The translations under genes and the position numbers were made by a program. Of a stretch of DNA of 64,000 bases, positions 60,960-64,000 are shown one piece after another (within the stretch, counting starts at the first letter, position 1; the number at the start of each line of letters is the position of its first letter). The notes under the pieces are model-generated. The model saw only the letters and a program-made list of their open reading frames with translations. It was not told the DNA's origin and searched no databases. Source of the stretch: Chrysomallon squamiferum (lineage: Eukaryota > Animalia > Mollusca); contig CM022674.1 of NCBI GenBank assembly GCA_012295275.1, positions 4,960,001 to 5,024,000 on the forward strand, in the 5' to 3' direction.

Positions 60960-61798
60960 TTAAGTGGAAGGGATGGATTGATAGATGAGAGTTGGAAAGA
61001 CGGAGAGGTAAACACGATATAAGTATAAAGTTGTCTCTAGTGGTGCGTATATTTGTCCATAATTGTTCATCGTCCATTTCTTGTACCATCTGTCCCTTGT
61101 TTACGTTTCAGGATTTTTCTTTGAATAGTAAGCCAGTGAGCCGAAAGGCTTACAGCTAATATTCAATAAAATACATACAATACAGTAAAATACAATACAG
61201 TACAAATGCAATAAAATAAAATACAGTACAATACAAACAATACACGACAATACAGTTATTGTCAGTCTTCGGAATCTAGGCGATTAAATATGATTGTTTG
61301 AATATCTAACATTTTTTTATTCGTAGATTTTAATCAGAAGTGCGTAAGAAATTAAAACCTATCATTCTTAATATATGCATGCCTATAGTTCTTCTTCTTC
61401 TATTTGTTTTATTTTATTTTTATTTTTAATCTTATTTTCTGTTTTATTTTATTTTATTTTATTATTATTTTATTTTATTATTATTATTTTTTTTTTTTTT
61501 TTTTTTTTCAGTCTCCACGTTCAGTTTTATCCGAGACTGTAGTAACAACGATTCCTATTCGTTCAAGTTGAAATATCCCGCCACGATCAGACTCCCAACA
61601 CTCTCTGACGTCAGAGCCAATAAAACTGTGTGTGGCCGAGATTCGACCAATGTTTTCACTGTCTGTGTGCTTCTGTGCGGCGCTGACTTCTGCAACGGGC
61701 CAAACACAATGGCCGTCTCAGCGAGCCCGAAACAGCACATGAAATATGACTACTTGCTTCTGCAGATGTTTCTGTGCCTCGTTGTTTTCCTCAAGTGA
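59015..61798 (+). CDS. Ly6/uPAR three-finger (quiver/sleepless-like) GPI-anchored protein, paralog 2 (~174 aa)
   Basis: Exons 59015-59078 (MILLIVCVCAVVTVAKRDFSY), 59590-59763 (IRCYYC...ACE...NCTDSKYCMIEIF), 61512-61798 (SFIRDC...VCG...VCVLLCGADFCNGPN plus hydrophobic tail). Same exon phases, same 64-nt first exon and same 10-Cys pattern as paralog 1. Confidence 0.83.
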
Positions 61799-64000
61799 AG
61801 CAGACGACAAAAGGCAGTTCTGAGGAATTTGTTATTAAATATATAAAGATTACAGGTCTTTGAGTACATTTTTTTTTTTTTTCATTATCGTAACAATGTT
61901 GTTTTATTCTTTTATTTATTTGTCTATTTATTTATTATTCTAGTCGTCGTAGTTGTAGTAGTAGTATTTTCTGTTTATATATTTAATCAGCTATTTGTTT
62001 TCTCTTTTTTTTCTACGTATCTTACTGTGTGACTTTTACCTACCATTCTGTCTGTATGTTTCTATATCTATCTATTTAAATATTTGTCTTTCGGTTTCTC
62101 TGTGTCTTGATAAAAAATATATCTGTGTGTGCGTGTGTGTGTGTGTGTGCATGCTATATTTGTAAACATGTGTCTAATATCTATAAGCCTTTATGTTTGT
62201 CAATTCATTGGGTGTCTGCCTTTAAAAAAAAAATTTGTATCTGTAAAGTAAAATATTTTAAAATAACCAATAATTTTAACAGTTAGCAGTTACAGCTAAA
62301 GTTTATTTATTTATTTATTCATTTATTTATTTATTTTTCTATTTATTTATTTATTTTTTTTTTTATTTATTTATTTATTTATTTATTTATTTCAATTATT
62401 TTTTGGCTGTTCTTGTTCTTCTTCGTCTTCTCGAAATGTAGCTATTTCTGAAATTTCAGTCCTTATGTCAAAATGTATAAAATTCTAGAAATCCAATTGC
62501 AGTTTATTTTATCATCAGTTAAAAAACAATTTTACTAACATGAATTAAAAACCCACTTTACTGTCGTTGGTTAAAAACCTATTTTACTGTCTTGAAATAA
62601 AAACCTCTTTTACTAACTAGCACGAGTTAAAATCCATATTTTCCTAAGATTCTGGATCAATGGTCGCATTCTGTTTTCAAGCTGCCGTGTCAACAATGTC
62701 GTCTTCACAGTATTTGACGAAGTCGTTGTAGTTTGACGAGCTCATTGATGTTCCACTCCACGATGTATCGATATTACAGAGAGAGAGAAGCTGTTATTGA
62801 TACTGGGGATGAAAAATTCGAGTTTTTGAAGAGATATGAAATTTAGAGGTTTTTAAAACATTTTTCAATATTTATATGATATATATATATATATATCAAC
62901 GTTTTATCTTGTACGTCGTATCATCTACTTTATTTATCTGTCTGTATCTTTATATTTCACTAATTATCTATCTGTCTGTCTATCTATATATTTATCTATC
63001 TTTATTTTAATTATCTCTATATCAATCTCTATGTTTTACTTTATCTATCCATGTCAGTCCATAGCTCTGATCCTAACCATTTTATAAAATGATAAAAATA
63101 TATATAGCCAATATGTCATCAGTCTTGCCAGTATATCTTGTATTTCATCATCTATATTTTTCAAGTACTTATATGGGTTATGTTCAAACAAAAAAACCTG
63201 AACACGTTTATTTGCGTTGGTTTTTTACCAATAGTACTCTATTGAGATATATTCCGTGTTTGTTGATAAAGACAGATATTGAGACAGAAAAGTCTTTAGA
63301 ACAAGTCGGAGTATTATACGCATATTTTTCAATACTGAAGAAAATATTAGTTGGGCATAGCAGTAACAATAGGAGTATCAATGACTAAAATTATTTTTAT
63401 GTGATTTATATATTATTATTATTATTTTTTTTTTTTTTTTTTATTTATTTATTTTTTTTTTTTTTTTTTGCTTTTTGTAAAAAAATATATTTTATCTATA
63501 CAACAATAAATAAATAAATAAAATTAACAAATTCAGTAAATGAATACATGTTTGCTTAATGACATCAGCATATTATTGCAAACTGCTCTTACCTTTATTA
63601 TTTTGTATTATTCTTGTTTTTGTTTTGTTTTCTGAATCTATTAAGTTACGGAATACTTTATATTGGTCTTTCCTTATATATATAACTTGGTCTGGTGGAT
63701 TTATTGTTAAACATTGTTTTTATTCTTACCTGTATTAAATCCCAAATACAAGCTGTAGCATTATTTTATTTTCTATTCTTTCCTTACGTAAGTATCTTTA
63801 ATGATTATTACGTAATCAGTTATTTTTCGTTTGATCGCTTTTTCCCTGTAAGTTCATTCATGTAATTTGTTGGTGTTTTTTAATATAAGGAGACTCGGGA
63901 CATGACGTCAAAACATGACACAGCATTCACACCCGAATTAAGGATTTTTTTTTTTTTTTTTTTTTACACAAAGTATTAAATATGAATTAACAGTTTACGC

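Overview
AT-rich, microsatellite-laden animal genomic DNA (invertebrate; mollusc/cephalopod-like by composition and gene content, which is inference). Hand-splicing gives seven intron-containing genes in this order: the 5' part of CENATAC/CCDC84 (-); GPS2 (+), head-to-head with it; a 20-exon, ~912-aa receptor tyrosine kinase (-) with signal peptide, 4 Ig, 2 EGF, TM and a Cad96Ca/Stitcher-like kinase; a tandem-doublecortin gene (+) resembling the DCX-EMAP N-terminus; a complete 7-exon urease accessory protein UreF gene (+, ~221 aa); and two tandem GPI-anchored Ly6/three-finger (quiver-like) genes (+). Most notable: (1) a spliceosomal-intron ureF in an animal, implying a host nickel-urease maturation system; (2) the domain-shuffled RTK; (3) three unrelated tandem repeats that each copy a splice junction; (4) a GPS2 3'UTR segment duplicated into an antisense RTK intron; (5) a Tigger4/MER46-like MITE. 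Family assignments come from remembered motifs, not database searches. Most ORFs in the supplied track are microsatellite artefacts.
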